DNA from: an uncultured Flavobacteriales bacterium
Lineage (GTDB): Bacteria > Bacteroidota > Bacteroidia > Flavobacteriales_D > Luteibaculaceae
Length of the DNA: 64,000 nt
Direction of reading: 5' to 3'
Assembly: GCA_964390915.1 (NCBI GenBank)
Contig: CAYMJL010000010.1
Location: 5,731-69,730, forward strand
Of the stretch, positions 29,812 to 38,478 are shown one piece after another (within the stretch, counting starts at the first letter, position 1; each line of letters starts with the position of its first letter). The notes under the pieces were generated by a model. The model worked only from the letters and a program-made list of their open reading frames with translations. It was not told where the DNA came from and did not search any database. The translations under genes were made by a program, and so were the position numbers.

Positions 29812-30984
29812 CTTCTTACGAATTAGCTTGTAGTTGTCAATACCGGGTTTCCAGGTAGCGCGTATTACATCTTCCGATATGCCGGCAATGATTTGATCTT
29901 TTAGCTCGGGGGTTCCTGCCAGGCGAAGGAAAAAATCGGTGAAAAAAGCCCCTTTGTTTGCCGAAGCCTCGTAGGCGTTACTCACCCAGTCGATGTTTAT
30001 TTGGTTGATGTATTTAAGGTCGAAGGTGCGTAAATCGACTCCGTAGCAATTTTTGTCCTTGTGTGGCGGAAACTTAGCCCCCTCACGACTTTGAGGTATA
30101 AAAGCAAAATCGAAACCTTGCATATCCGGCGAGCCAAAAACCTGAAAAGGGTAATCGGTTCCGCGACCAACAGAAACGTTGGTTCCCTCGAACAAACATA
30201 GGGAAGGGTATAGCTGAATGGCCTGCATATTAGGCAGGTTAGGCGATGGTTTAACTGCAAGCTGGTAATGGGTGTTGTGGGTATAACGCGAGCAGGTAAT
30301 AACTTTAATAGATGCGTTTACTTTGTTGGCCAGCCAGCCTTCTCCGTTTATCATTTGCGCATATTCGCCAATGGTCATACCGTGTACAATGGGTACGGGG
30401 TGCATGCCTACAAACGATTTGTATTTCATGTCCAAAATTGGCCCGTCAATGTAATACCCATTTGGGTTGGGGCGGTCTAAAATAACCAGCGTTTTCTTGT
30501 GGTCGGCAACCGACTCCATGATGTAGTGCAACGAAGAAATATAGGTGTAAAACCTGGCACCAACATCTTGCACATCATAAACAACGATGTCAATGTCTTT
30601 CATTTCTTCGGCTTTGGGCTTTTTGTCTTTGCCGTAAATAGAAACCATGCGTACGCCAGTTTTGGCATCGTAAGTCGATTCTACTTTTTCCCCTGCATCG
30701 GCCGATCCACGAAAACCGTGTTCAAGCGTAAAAACCTTGCTAACCGTTATACCCAAACTAATGAGCGTGTCTAATAAATGCGTTTCGCCAACCAATGAAG
30801 TTTGGTTGGCCACCAGCGCAATGCGTTTGCCTTTAAGCAGCGGAATGTATTCTTCGGTGCGTTGTGCCCCCACTTTTACCTGAGCAAACGAGCAGAATGA
30901 AGATAAAATGAAAACAAGACCGAAAAAAGCAGTGCAAAAAGTGCTTTTGTAATTAGCTTTGCTCTCCATACAATTATTAGCCAT
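29785..30984 (-). CDS. DUF1343-family protein (exo-beta-N-acetylmuramidase NamZ-like)
   Basis: 399 aa with a signal peptide and a DUF1343-like layout (VANQTS..., VYDVQDVGARFYTY, GMTIGE). Confidence 0.8.
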   Translation of the reverse strand: MANNCMESKANYKSTFCTAFFGLVFILSSFCSFAQVKVGAQRTEEYIPLLKGKRIALVANQTSLVGETHLLDTLISLGITVSKVFTLEHGFRGSADAGEKVESTYDAKTGVRMVSIYGKDKKPKAEEMKDIDIVVYDVQDVGARFYTYISSLHYIMESVADHKKTLVILDRPNPNGYYIDGPILDMKYKSFVGMHPVPIVHGMTIGEYAQMINGEGWLANKVNASIKVITCSRYTHNTHYQLAVKPSPNLPNMQAIQLYPSLCLFEGTNVSVGRGTDYPFQVFGSPDMQGFDFAFIPQSREGAKFPPHKDKNCYGVDLRTFDLKYINQINIDWVSNAYEASANKGAFFTDFFLRLAGTPELKDQIIAGISEDVIRATWKPGIDNYKLIRKKYLLYADFE

Positions 30985-32459
30985 TGAATCTGGAATTATT
31001 TATTGCGAAACGCATCTTCCGAGGCAAAGATAATGCCAATAGTCTTTCCAAACCCATTGTAAACATTGCTGTTGCCGGAATAGCCATTGGTGTTGCCGTA
31101 ATGATTCTTTCTGTTGCCATTGTAACGGGGTTTCAACGCGAAATTACCAACAAGGTAACCGGCTTTGATGCGCACCTAAAAGTAGTGAGTCTACTAGAAG
31201 GTTCCGACGAATACAACAAACTTGTTATCGACCAACAACTGTTAGGAAATCTGAAGGCTATTCCAGGGGTTGAAAAAGTGCAGGTTTTTGCCGAACAGCC
31301 CGGTATTATTGAGTTCGATAAAGAGATTCAGGGAGTAAATATTAAGGGACTGGACAGCAGTTACCATAAAACTTTTTTTGAAAAGTATTTGGTGAAGGGC
31401 AATTTACCCACATTTAGCAGCAACAGCAAGAACGAAATACTCGTTTCTCAGGCGCTTGCTACCAAATTGGGTTTTACCGTTGGGCAAAAAATAACGGTCT
31501 ATTTCGTGAGTAGAAACAAGCCGGCTACTCCCAGAAATTTTAAGGTAACTGGGATTTTTAATTCGGGTCTTGCGGTTTTTGATGCCAAAATGGTTTTTAT
31601 TTCCTTGCCGCAATTGCAGCGCATAAAAGGATACGGTTTGCAGGTTTACTTGCAATCAACGCCATTGGCGAATAACGAATTTGAGGTTGAAGCCAAGGCT
31701 TTTGGCGGGAATAAAAAGTACAGCTATCAATGGAATAACGGTTGGAAAGGAGCAGGGCCGCACCAACTGGCATTAACTGGTTCGGACAGCTCCGTTCAGG
31801 TAGTTTTAACCGATGACGCAAAAACCTTGGCCGACACGGCTACCATCAATTTTCCTAGTGGTGAGGCCACGTCAACTGGTGGGAGCGATAAATGTTATGC
31901 TGACGGTTACGAGCTTTTTCTAAGTGATTTTTCCAAGCTGAATCGTATTGAAGAAACAGTTTATGAAAAATTGGATTACAACCTGTCTACCAGAAACATA
32001 GTTAGTGATAATCCTGAGATATTTAACTGGTTGGAAATTCTGGACGTAAACGTTTACATCATCATTATTTTGTTGGCGGTGGTGGCGGTTATTAATATGT
32101 CGTCGGCCTTGTTAATTCTTATTTTAGAAAAGGCCAACTTGATTGGTATTATGAAAGCCATTGGTGCCGAAAATCGCAGCATTCGCAAAATATTTCTTTG
32201 GCACGGATTATTGTTAATTAGCAAAGGCTTGTTAATTGGGAATGCACTTGCATTGAGTATTGGGCTCATTCAACAGTTTACAGGCATTATAACCCTTCCA
32301 GAAGAACAGTATTACATCAAAGAAGTGCCGGTAAATTTGTCTTTGGCGCCCATTTTACTACTTAATGCGGCAACCATAACGGTGAGCGTTTTGGTGCTTT
32401 TGCTGCCATCTATGTTAGTGGCCAAACTTAACCCGGCAAAAACCATTCGCTTTGAATAG
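30984..32459 (+). CDS. FtsX/LolC/LolE-family ABC transporter permease with an enlarged periplasmic domain
   Basis: 491 aa with N-terminal ELFIAKRIF, 1+3 transmembrane topology and a C-terminal FtsX domain. TTG start assumed. Confidence 0.82.
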   Translation: MNLELFIAKRIFRGKDNANSLSKPIVNIAVAGIAIGVAVMILSVAIVTGFQREITNKVTGFDAHLKVVSLLEGSDEYNKLVIDQQLLGNLKAIPGVEKVQVFAEQPGIIEFDKEIQGVNIKGLDSSYHKTFFEKYLVKGNLPTFSSNSKNEILVSQALATKLGFTVGQKITVYFVSRNKPATPRNFKVTGIFNSGLAVFDAKMVFISLPQLQRIKGYGLQVYLQSTPLANNEFEVEAKAFGGNKKYSYQWNNGWKGAGPHQLALTGSDSSVQVVLTDDAKTLADTATINFPSGEATSTGGSDKCYADGYELFLSDFSKLNRIEETVYEKLDYNLSTRNIVSDNPEIFNWLEILDVNVYIIIILLAVVAVINMSSALLILILEKANLIGIMKAIGAENRSIRKIFLWHGLLLISKGLLIGNALALSIGLIQQFTGIITLPEEQYYIKEVPVNLSLAPILLLNAATITVSVLVLLLPSMLVAKLNPAKTIRFE

Positions 32460-32478
32460 GACGTGTTACGATTTTTTC

Positions 32479-32540
32479 TCCCGCAGATTTCGCTGATGCC
32501 CGCAGAAAGGCTTCTGCGTCAATCAGCGTAATCTGCGGGA
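32479..32540. repeat. REP-like compound palindrome / bidirectional terminator
   Basis: The 19-nt arms TCCCGCAGATTTCGCTGAT and ATCAGCGTAATCTGCGGGA have 1 mismatch and enclose an inner hairpin, CGCAGAA-AGGC-TTCTGCG. T-runs flank the element. Confidence 0.6.
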
Positions 32541-32745
32541 ACTTTTTTAATTGCCAATGATTACATTATATATTGATTTTCAGCTTTCTTGAATATTCTT
32601 AAAATCGTAACCCAAGTAATATTTGAATTTGTGAAGAAATTAGAAAGAAAACCTCTTTTTTCGCTTAGATTAAGTTTTAATTTTGCCCGCGAGCTCGAAT
32701 GAGTCCATTATTTAGAAATATTTTCTTTTTACCTCCATTTTGTTT

Positions 32746-34110
32746 ATGAAAAAGGTTTGTAACAATATTCTCGAAACCATTGGAAATACCCCTATGGTTC
32801 GTCTTAATGCCATTGTAAAAGATATTCCGGCAACGGTTTATGCCAAGGTAGAAACCTTTAATCCGGGAAACTCCATTAAGGACAGAATGGCCTTGAAAAT
32901 GATTGAGGATGCCGAAAAAGATGGTCGTCTTAAGCCGGGCGGAACCATTATAGAAGGAACCAGTGGAAATACCGGTATGGGTTTGGCCATTGCGGCTATT
33001 ATTAAGGGTTACAAATGTATTTTCACTACTACAGATAAACAGTCGAAAGAAAAAGTAGATGCACTGCGGGCTTTTGGTGCCGAGGTTATTGTTTGCCCAA
33101 CCGATGTCGACCCCGAAGATCCACGGTCGTATTATTCGGTTTCATCGCGTTTGGAGCGTGAGGTGCCCAATTCGTGGAAACCAAACCAGTACGACAACTT
33201 AAGCAACTCGCAAGCGCATTATGAAAGTACTGGCCCTGAGATTTGGGATCAAACCGACGGAAAAATTACGCACCTGGTGGTTGGGGTTGGTACTGGCGGA
33301 ACGATAAGCGGAACAGGTCGTTATTTAAAAGAAAAGAACCCAAACATTAAGGTTTTGGGTATAGATACATACGGTTCAGTATTTAAAAAATATAAGGAAA
33401 CTGGCATTTTCGATAAAAACGAAATCTATCCTTACGTAACCGAGGGCATTGGTGAAGATTTCTTACCTGAAAATGTTGATTTTTCGGTGATAGATCATTT
33501 CGAGAAAGTAACCGACAAAGACGCTGCCATTTATACCCGCGAGGTAGTGCGAAAGGAAGGTATTTTTGTAGGAAACAGTGGTGGTTCGGCCATTGCAGGT
33601 TTGTTGCAAATGAAGCATTTCTTTAAGCCAGAAGATGTGGTAGTAGTTATTTTCCACGATCACGGTACCCGATACCTGGGCAAAATGTTTAACGACGAGT
33701 GGATGATTGAAAAAGGGTATTTGGATGTTTCCGGACTTGCTGCTAAGGATTTGGTAAGCGGCCAAAAAGGACACGTAATGACCATAGAAACTGACCAAAC
33801 CGTATCGGAAGCCATTGCACTAATGACCAAAAATGACTTTTCGCAAATGCCGGTAACCCGCCAAGGGCGTATTGTTGGTGCCATTAGCGAAAAAGGGCTT
33901 TACGAGAAATTAATTGGTAACCCAGAAATCAAAACCCAAAAGGTAGAAGCTATCATGGAAACGGCATTTCCGTTTACCGACATCAGCACGCCGGTTCAGT
34001 CGCTGGCACACATGTTAAACGCCGATCACGATGCGTTGCTGGTGAAAGACTTTAAAACCGACAACACCTACATTATTACCAAAGCTGATATTATAAAGGC
34101 ACTGAGTTAA
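32746..34110 (+). CDS. PLP-dependent cysteine synthase/cystathionine beta-synthase family protein with a C-terminal CBS pair
   Basis: PLP-lysine motif NPGNSIKDR and GTSGNTG, plus a C-terminal region of about 120 aa resembling tandem CBS domains. Confidence 0.88.
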   Translation: MKKVCNNILETIGNTPMVRLNAIVKDIPATVYAKVETFNPGNSIKDRMALKMIEDAEKDGRLKPGGTIIEGTSGNTGMGLAIAAIIKGYKCIFTTTDKQSKEKVDALRAFGAEVIVCPTDVDPEDPRSYYSVSSRLEREVPNSWKPNQYDNLSNSQAHYESTGPEIWDQTDGKITHLVVGVGTGGTISGTGRYLKEKNPNIKVLGIDTYGSVFKKYKETGIFDKNEIYPYVTEGIGEDFLPENVDFSVIDHFEKVTDKDAAIYTREVVRKEGIFVGNSGGSAIAGLLQMKHFFKPEDVVVVIFHDHGTRYLGKMFNDEWMIEKGYLDVSGLAAKDLVSGQKGHVMTIETDQTVSEAIALMTKNDFSQMPVTRQGRIVGAISEKGLYEKLIGNPEIKTQKVEAIMETAFPFTDISTPVQSLAHMLNADHDALLVKDFKTDNTYIITKADIIKALS

Positions 34111-34901
34111 TGTTTATTACAATCGATAATATTTCAAGTTTCAATGCGCCCGCAAGGCGCATTGTTTCTGTGGTGCCGAGCCAAACCGAGTTGTTGTATT
34201 CACTGGGATTACAGGAGGAGGTTATTGGAATTACCAAATTTTGCATTCATCCAAGTACTTGGTTTAAAAGCAAAACTCGAATTGGTGGCACAAAAAATCT
34301 AAATCTCGATAAAATCAGGGCTTTAAAACCCGATTTAATCCTTGCCAACAAAGAGGAAAATCAGCAAGAGCAAATCGAACAACTGGCTGCAGAATTTCCA
34401 TTGTACCTAAGCGACATTTATAACCTTAGTGATGCTTATGCGGCCATGCGCCACATGGCTTTGCTTACAGGAAAGGTGCAAAATGCGGAAATCCTTATAG
34501 CTGATATTCAAAAGAGTTTTCAACAGTTGAAAACGGATGGGATAAAACGAAAGGTACTATACCTCATTTGGCGGAAACCCTTTATGTCTGCTGGTAAGCA
34601 AACGTTTATTAATTGTCTTATTGAGCAATGCGGTTGGGAAAATGTGTTGGCCAATGATGCTGAATATGCCCGCTATCCGGAGCTATCGCTCGAACAAATA
34701 AACTGGTTAAATCCCGAGTTGATATTTCTTTCAAGTGAACCGTATCCGTTTAAAAACGAACATATCAAAGAACTTCAAGCCAATAATCCAAACGCAAAAA
34801 TCATGTTGGTAGATGGCGAATTGTTTAGTTGGTACGGCTCGCGGTTGATATTTTCTACTACTCATTTTGCCGCCTTAATTGAAAGAATCCGTTACTTGTA
34901 G
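34110..34901 (+). CDS. BtuF-like (cobalamin/siderophore-type) periplasmic binding protein
   Basis: 263 aa with RIVSVVPSQTELLYSLGL and PDLILAN motifs of class III substrate-binding proteins. Confidence 0.7.
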   Translation: MFITIDNISSFNAPARRIVSVVPSQTELLYSLGLQEEVIGITKFCIHPSTWFKSKTRIGGTKNLNLDKIRALKPDLILANKEENQQEQIEQLAAEFPLYLSDIYNLSDAYAAMRHMALLTGKVQNAEILIADIQKSFQQLKTDGIKRKVLYLIWRKPFMSAGKQTFINCLIEQCGWENVLANDAEYARYPELSLEQINWLNPELIFLSSEPYPFKNEHIKELQANNPNAKIMLVDGELFSWYGSRLIFSTTHFAALIERIRYL

Positions 34902-34918
34902 GTCGATTTAATGCCGTA

Positions 34919-37222
34919 ATGACACGTCAAAGCAGAAGCTCATTCTCCCCATTAATTTTATTCCTGTTTTTGGTTTCGCATTATTCCGCTGCGTTTTCGC
35001 AAAAGGTAGGCGTGGTTTTAAGTGGCGGTGGCGCCAACGGACTGGCCCACGTAGGTGTTTTGCAGGCTTTGGAAGACAGCGAAATACCAATAGATTACAT
35101 AGCCGGCACCTCGATGGGAGCCATTGTTGGCGGACTATATGCTGCTGGCTATTCGCCAAAAGAAATAGAAGTCCTGCTTACCAGCGAAGAATTTATTGAC
35201 GACATACAGGGTGAGTTGAGCGACAAGTACATTTATTACTTTAAACAGGCTCGACCCGATGCCGCCATTTCTCAGGTTCGATTTTCTAAAGACACACCAC
35301 TAACGGCCAGTTTGCCAACCAATGTGGTAAGTCCGTTTGGTTTAGACTTTAAAATGATTGAGGTTTTTGCAGGGGCCAACGCCGTTTCCAAGGAAAATTT
35401 CGATAACCTTTTTGTGCCTTTTCGTTGTGTCGCATCTGACATCAAGAACAAAAAGGTGAAAACTTTTAATTCTGGCCAGTTAAACATGGCCATTCGGGCA
35501 TCGGCTACCTATCCGTTTTACTACAAGCCGGTTTTAACCAACAATGAACTGCTGTTTGATGGCGGTTTATATAACAACTTTCCGGTTGATGTTTTGATTG
35601 AAAATTTTAACCCGGATATTATCATTGGAAGTAATGTTTCCTACAACTACGAGTCACCCACCGCCGAAGATTTGGTTTCGCAAATCAAGAACATACTGGT
35701 GAGCGTCACCGACTATAGTTTGCGCGGAAAACCGGGGGTAATTATTGAACCAAAAATCGAGAATTCAGCATTTAATTTTTCAAACCCTACGGCATTAATT
35801 CGAGAAGGATTTATGGCTACCATCGAAAAAATGGAGGAGTTAAAACCGTTGTGCAAAAGGACCGTTTCGGAAACGGAAATGGCGACAAGAAGGAAGGAAT
35901 TTAATAGCAAAAAACCTCCACTGATTTTCAACGAGGTGAGCATAAGTTCAGGTTTAAATAGGGCACAGGGTTTTTATATCAAAAACTCACTTTACCGAAA
36001 AAACGATAGCATTACCTACCATTTTTTACGACCACGGTTCTTGAAATTATTTCAGGATGAACAACTGAAATACGTTTATCCCACCATTAAACATGACTCG
36101 CTAAGTGCGAAATATGCCTTGCAGCTACAGGTAGAAAAGGAAAAGGATTTCCAGGTTAAATTTGGTGGGAACTTCTCCTCAAAACCTATCAATACAGGGT
36201 TTCTTTCCTTGAAATACAATTACCTGAGTAAGCATGCGTATAGTTTCGAGGCAAACAGTTACTTCGGTAAATACTACGGTTCGGTGCAGCTCAATGCCCG
36301 TATGCAAACTACTTGGAAAATACCCATTTCGTTAGAGGCATTTGCCACATTAAACCGCTGGGATTATTTTAGGAGTAAAGCCACGTTTTTTGAAGAAATT
36401 AAACCGTCGTATATCTTGCAGGAAGATAAAATAGGTGGTTTGATTGTAAGTGCACCGGTGCGTTACAAGTCCAAAGTTTCGCTCGACTACAAGTTTTTCG
36501 AACAGGATTGTAATTACTATCTCACCGAGGATTTTAGCGCCAAGGACACGGCCGATTTAACTCGATTTGACGGAAATACGATTGCGCTTAGTTTTGAACG
36601 AAGTACACTCAATAAACGCCAATGGGCATCGGCTGGTACCTTCTTAAAACTTCAATTTCGTTATCTTCAAGGCAATGAGCGGACAGTGCCGGGTAGTACG
36701 GCGTTGGCACCGGCGGTTAGCAAGCAGTTTCAGGACTGGGTGGCATTCTCATTAAAGTACGATAACTATTTCAAGACTTTCAAGAAACTGACCTTCGGTT
36801 TCCATACCAGCGGAATCTATAACTCGCTGTATTTGTTCAGTAATTATAAGGCTTCTTTAATTTTTTCTCCGGCTTTTCAACCCATTCCAGAAAGCAAAAC
36901 CTTGTTTCTTAATAACTTCAGGGCCAATAAATTCCTGTCGGTTGGTGCCAGTACCATTATCACTTTCAGCAAAACGCTCGATTACCGAATAGAGGCTTAC
37001 ATATTTCAGCCCATCAATAAAATAGAGGAAACTCCTTTGCAACGTGCCGCACTGGGTGAACTATTTAAAAAGCGCTTTAATATGCTTTCTACCTCGATGG
37101 TTTACCATTCGCCTTTTGGGCCAGTCAGTCTTAGTCTAAACTACTACGACCGCGAAAAGCAACCCGTAAGTTTCATCTTCAACTTTGGGTATATCTTGTT
37201 TAACCGGACAGTTAATGAGTAA
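34919..37222 (+). CDS. patatin-like phospholipase fused to a large beta-rich C-terminal domain (PlpD-like)
   Basis: 767 aa with a signal peptide, oxyanion loop SGGGANG, nucleophile elbow GTSMG and catalytic DGG (FDGGLYNN). About 400 aa of beta-rich sequence follow. Confidence 0.85.
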   Translation: MTRQSRSSFSPLILFLFLVSHYSAAFSQKVGVVLSGGGANGLAHVGVLQALEDSEIPIDYIAGTSMGAIVGGLYAAGYSPKEIEVLLTSEEFIDDIQGELSDKYIYYFKQARPDAAISQVRFSKDTPLTASLPTNVVSPFGLDFKMIEVFAGANAVSKENFDNLFVPFRCVASDIKNKKVKTFNSGQLNMAIRASATYPFYYKPVLTNNELLFDGGLYNNFPVDVLIENFNPDIIIGSNVSYNYESPTAEDLVSQIKNILVSVTDYSLRGKPGVIIEPKIENSAFNFSNPTALIREGFMATIEKMEELKPLCKRTVSETEMATRRKEFNSKKPPLIFNEVSISSGLNRAQGFYIKNSLYRKNDSITYHFLRPRFLKLFQDEQLKYVYPTIKHDSLSAKYALQLQVEKEKDFQVKFGGNFSSKPINTGFLSLKYNYLSKHAYSFEANSYFGKYYGSVQLNARMQTTWKIPISLEAFATLNRWDYFRSKATFFEEIKPSYILQEDKIGGLIVSAPVRYKSKVSLDYKFFEQDCNYYLTEDFSAKDTADLTRFDGNTIALSFERSTLNKRQWASAGTFLKLQFRYLQGNERTVPGSTALAPAVSKQFQDWVAFSLKYDNYFKTFKKLTFGFHTSGIYNSLYLFSNYKASLIFSPAFQPIPESKTLFLNNFRANKFLSVGASTIITFSKTLDYRIEAYIFQPINKIEETPLQRAALGELFKKRFNMLSTSMVYHSPFGPVSLSLNYYDREKQPVSFIFNFGYILFNRTVNE

Positions 37223-37238
37223 TTGAAAGATTGGAACA

Positions 37239-37943
37239 TTATTGCCCCAAGGCAAACATTACCAGTTGTTTGTGCAAATCAGGACTTTGTTTTTTCCAAT
37301 CGGCCACTGTTTTAGTGCTTATTTTTTCGTTGGCTAGGGTTAGATTGGTGCCTATACACAGTTTCAGTTTTCCTGAACAATTGGTTAAAACATCGGCCAG
37401 TAATTGGTTATTGCGAAAAGGCGTATCCATAAACAGCTGGGTTTGATTGCCTTTTAGCACCTTTTGCTCCAGGTCTTTAATTTTGCTAGCTCTGGCGGTT
37501 TTATCGATGGGCAAGTAGCCACTAAAAGCAAAATTTTCGCCATTGAGACCGCTAGCCATTAAAGTGAGTAGAATAGAGGAGGGGCCTACAAGCGGCACCA
37601 CAGTAATTCCTTTTTCCTGAGCGATGGCCACTACCTCTTCGCCTGGATCGGCAATGGCAGGACAACCTGCTTCTGAAATTAGCCCCATGGAAATGCCGTT
37701 TAACAACGGAGCGACAAACTGCTGCAAATTTGCATTTACATCATGTTTATCGAGTAAATACAAGGTGGCTTCGGAAATCGGGTAGGTGGGAATAAGTGCT
37801 TTAATGAAACGTCTGGCCGAACGCTCATCTTCAACAATAAAATGCTTGAGTGAGTTGGTCACTTCAGTTGCCCGAGCCGAAACATCGTTGGCCGGACTTA
37901 CATCGCCCAAAGTGCACGGAATAAGGTAAAGTTTACCCTTCAT
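37239..37943 (-). CDS. tetrapyrrole-methylase-fold SAM-dependent methyltransferase (RsmI-related)
   Basis: 234 aa with N-terminal LYLIPCTLGD and SEAGCPAIADPG motifs. Confidence 0.78.
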   Translation of the reverse strand: MKGKLYLIPCTLGDVSPANDVSARATEVTNSLKHFIVEDERSARRFIKALIPTYPISEATLYLLDKHDVNANLQQFVAPLLNGISMGLISEAGCPAIADPGEEVVAIAQEKGITVVPLVGPSSILLTLMASGLNGENFAFSGYLPIDKTARASKIKDLEQKVLKGNQTQLFMDTPFRNNQLLADVLTNCSGKLKLCIGTNLTLANEKISTKTVADWKKQSPDLHKQLVMFALGQ

Positions 37944-38403
37944 TTACAACAGGAACTTTTTGCAAGAACACGGTACAAGCCTGGTCGAGCATTTGATAAA
38001 CTTCTTCGAAGCCATCAAAATCGCCATAATACGGATCGGGGACACTTATTTTTTCGCCGGGATATACTTGCGACATAATCAATTGAACCTTTTCAATATC
38101 TTCATGAGTTCTGGCTTTTGCCATCACATCTTTGAAGTTTTGTGTATCCATTACAAAAATGCGGTCGAAATTATCGAAGTCCGCTACCGAGAATTGACGA
38201 CCGGTTAATTTGCTAATGTCAATGTCGTGCTCAAAAGCCTTTTTAACGGAACGTGGATCGGGAGCATCACCAACGTGGTAATTGGCCGTACCGCAGCTAT
38301 CTACCGTTACAGACAAGCCCTTCTCCACAGCTCTTTTTCTTAGAACACCCTCGGCCAATGGCGACCGACAAATATTCCCCAAACAAACCATTAATACTCG
38401 CAT
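37933..38403 (-). CDS. low-molecular-weight protein-tyrosine phosphatase
   Basis: 156 aa with P-loop VCLGNICRSP and a downstream DPYY motif. Confidence 0.9.
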   Translation of the reverse strand: MRVLMVCLGNICRSPLAEGVLRKRAVEKGLSVTVDSCGTANYHVGDAPDPRSVKKAFEHDIDISKLTGRQFSVADFDNFDRIFVMDTQNFKDVMAKARTHEDIEKVQLIMSQVYPGEKISVPDPYYGDFDGFEEVYQMLDQACTVFLQKVPVVNEG

Positions 38404-38417
38404 AGGCTTAAAATAAA

Positions 38418-38460
38418 AACTGCCGTTACTTTCATGCAGTGCACATTAGTAACGACAGTT
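38418..38460 (-). terminator. dnaA terminator hairpin
   Basis: 13-nt arms AACTGCCGTTACT and AGTAACGACAGTT. The single non-Watson-Crick position is C/A on the plus strand but G-U on the minus strand, which matches dnaA orientation. Confidence 0.55.
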
Positions 38461-38478
38461 AAATTCGTTTTATGTTGC

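Noticed and set aside
32541-32745. SAM riboswitch upstream of the cysteine/cystathionine synthase gene, and an FMN riboswitch upstream of ribD.
   Set aside because: The conserved SAM-I/SAM-II cores are not visible in the leader. ribD has essentially no leader, because its upstream region is occupied by prmC.
34908-35159. 83-aa minus-strand ORF.
   Set aside because: It is antisense to the start of the patatin gene, with an Arg/Pro/Cys-rich shadow composition.
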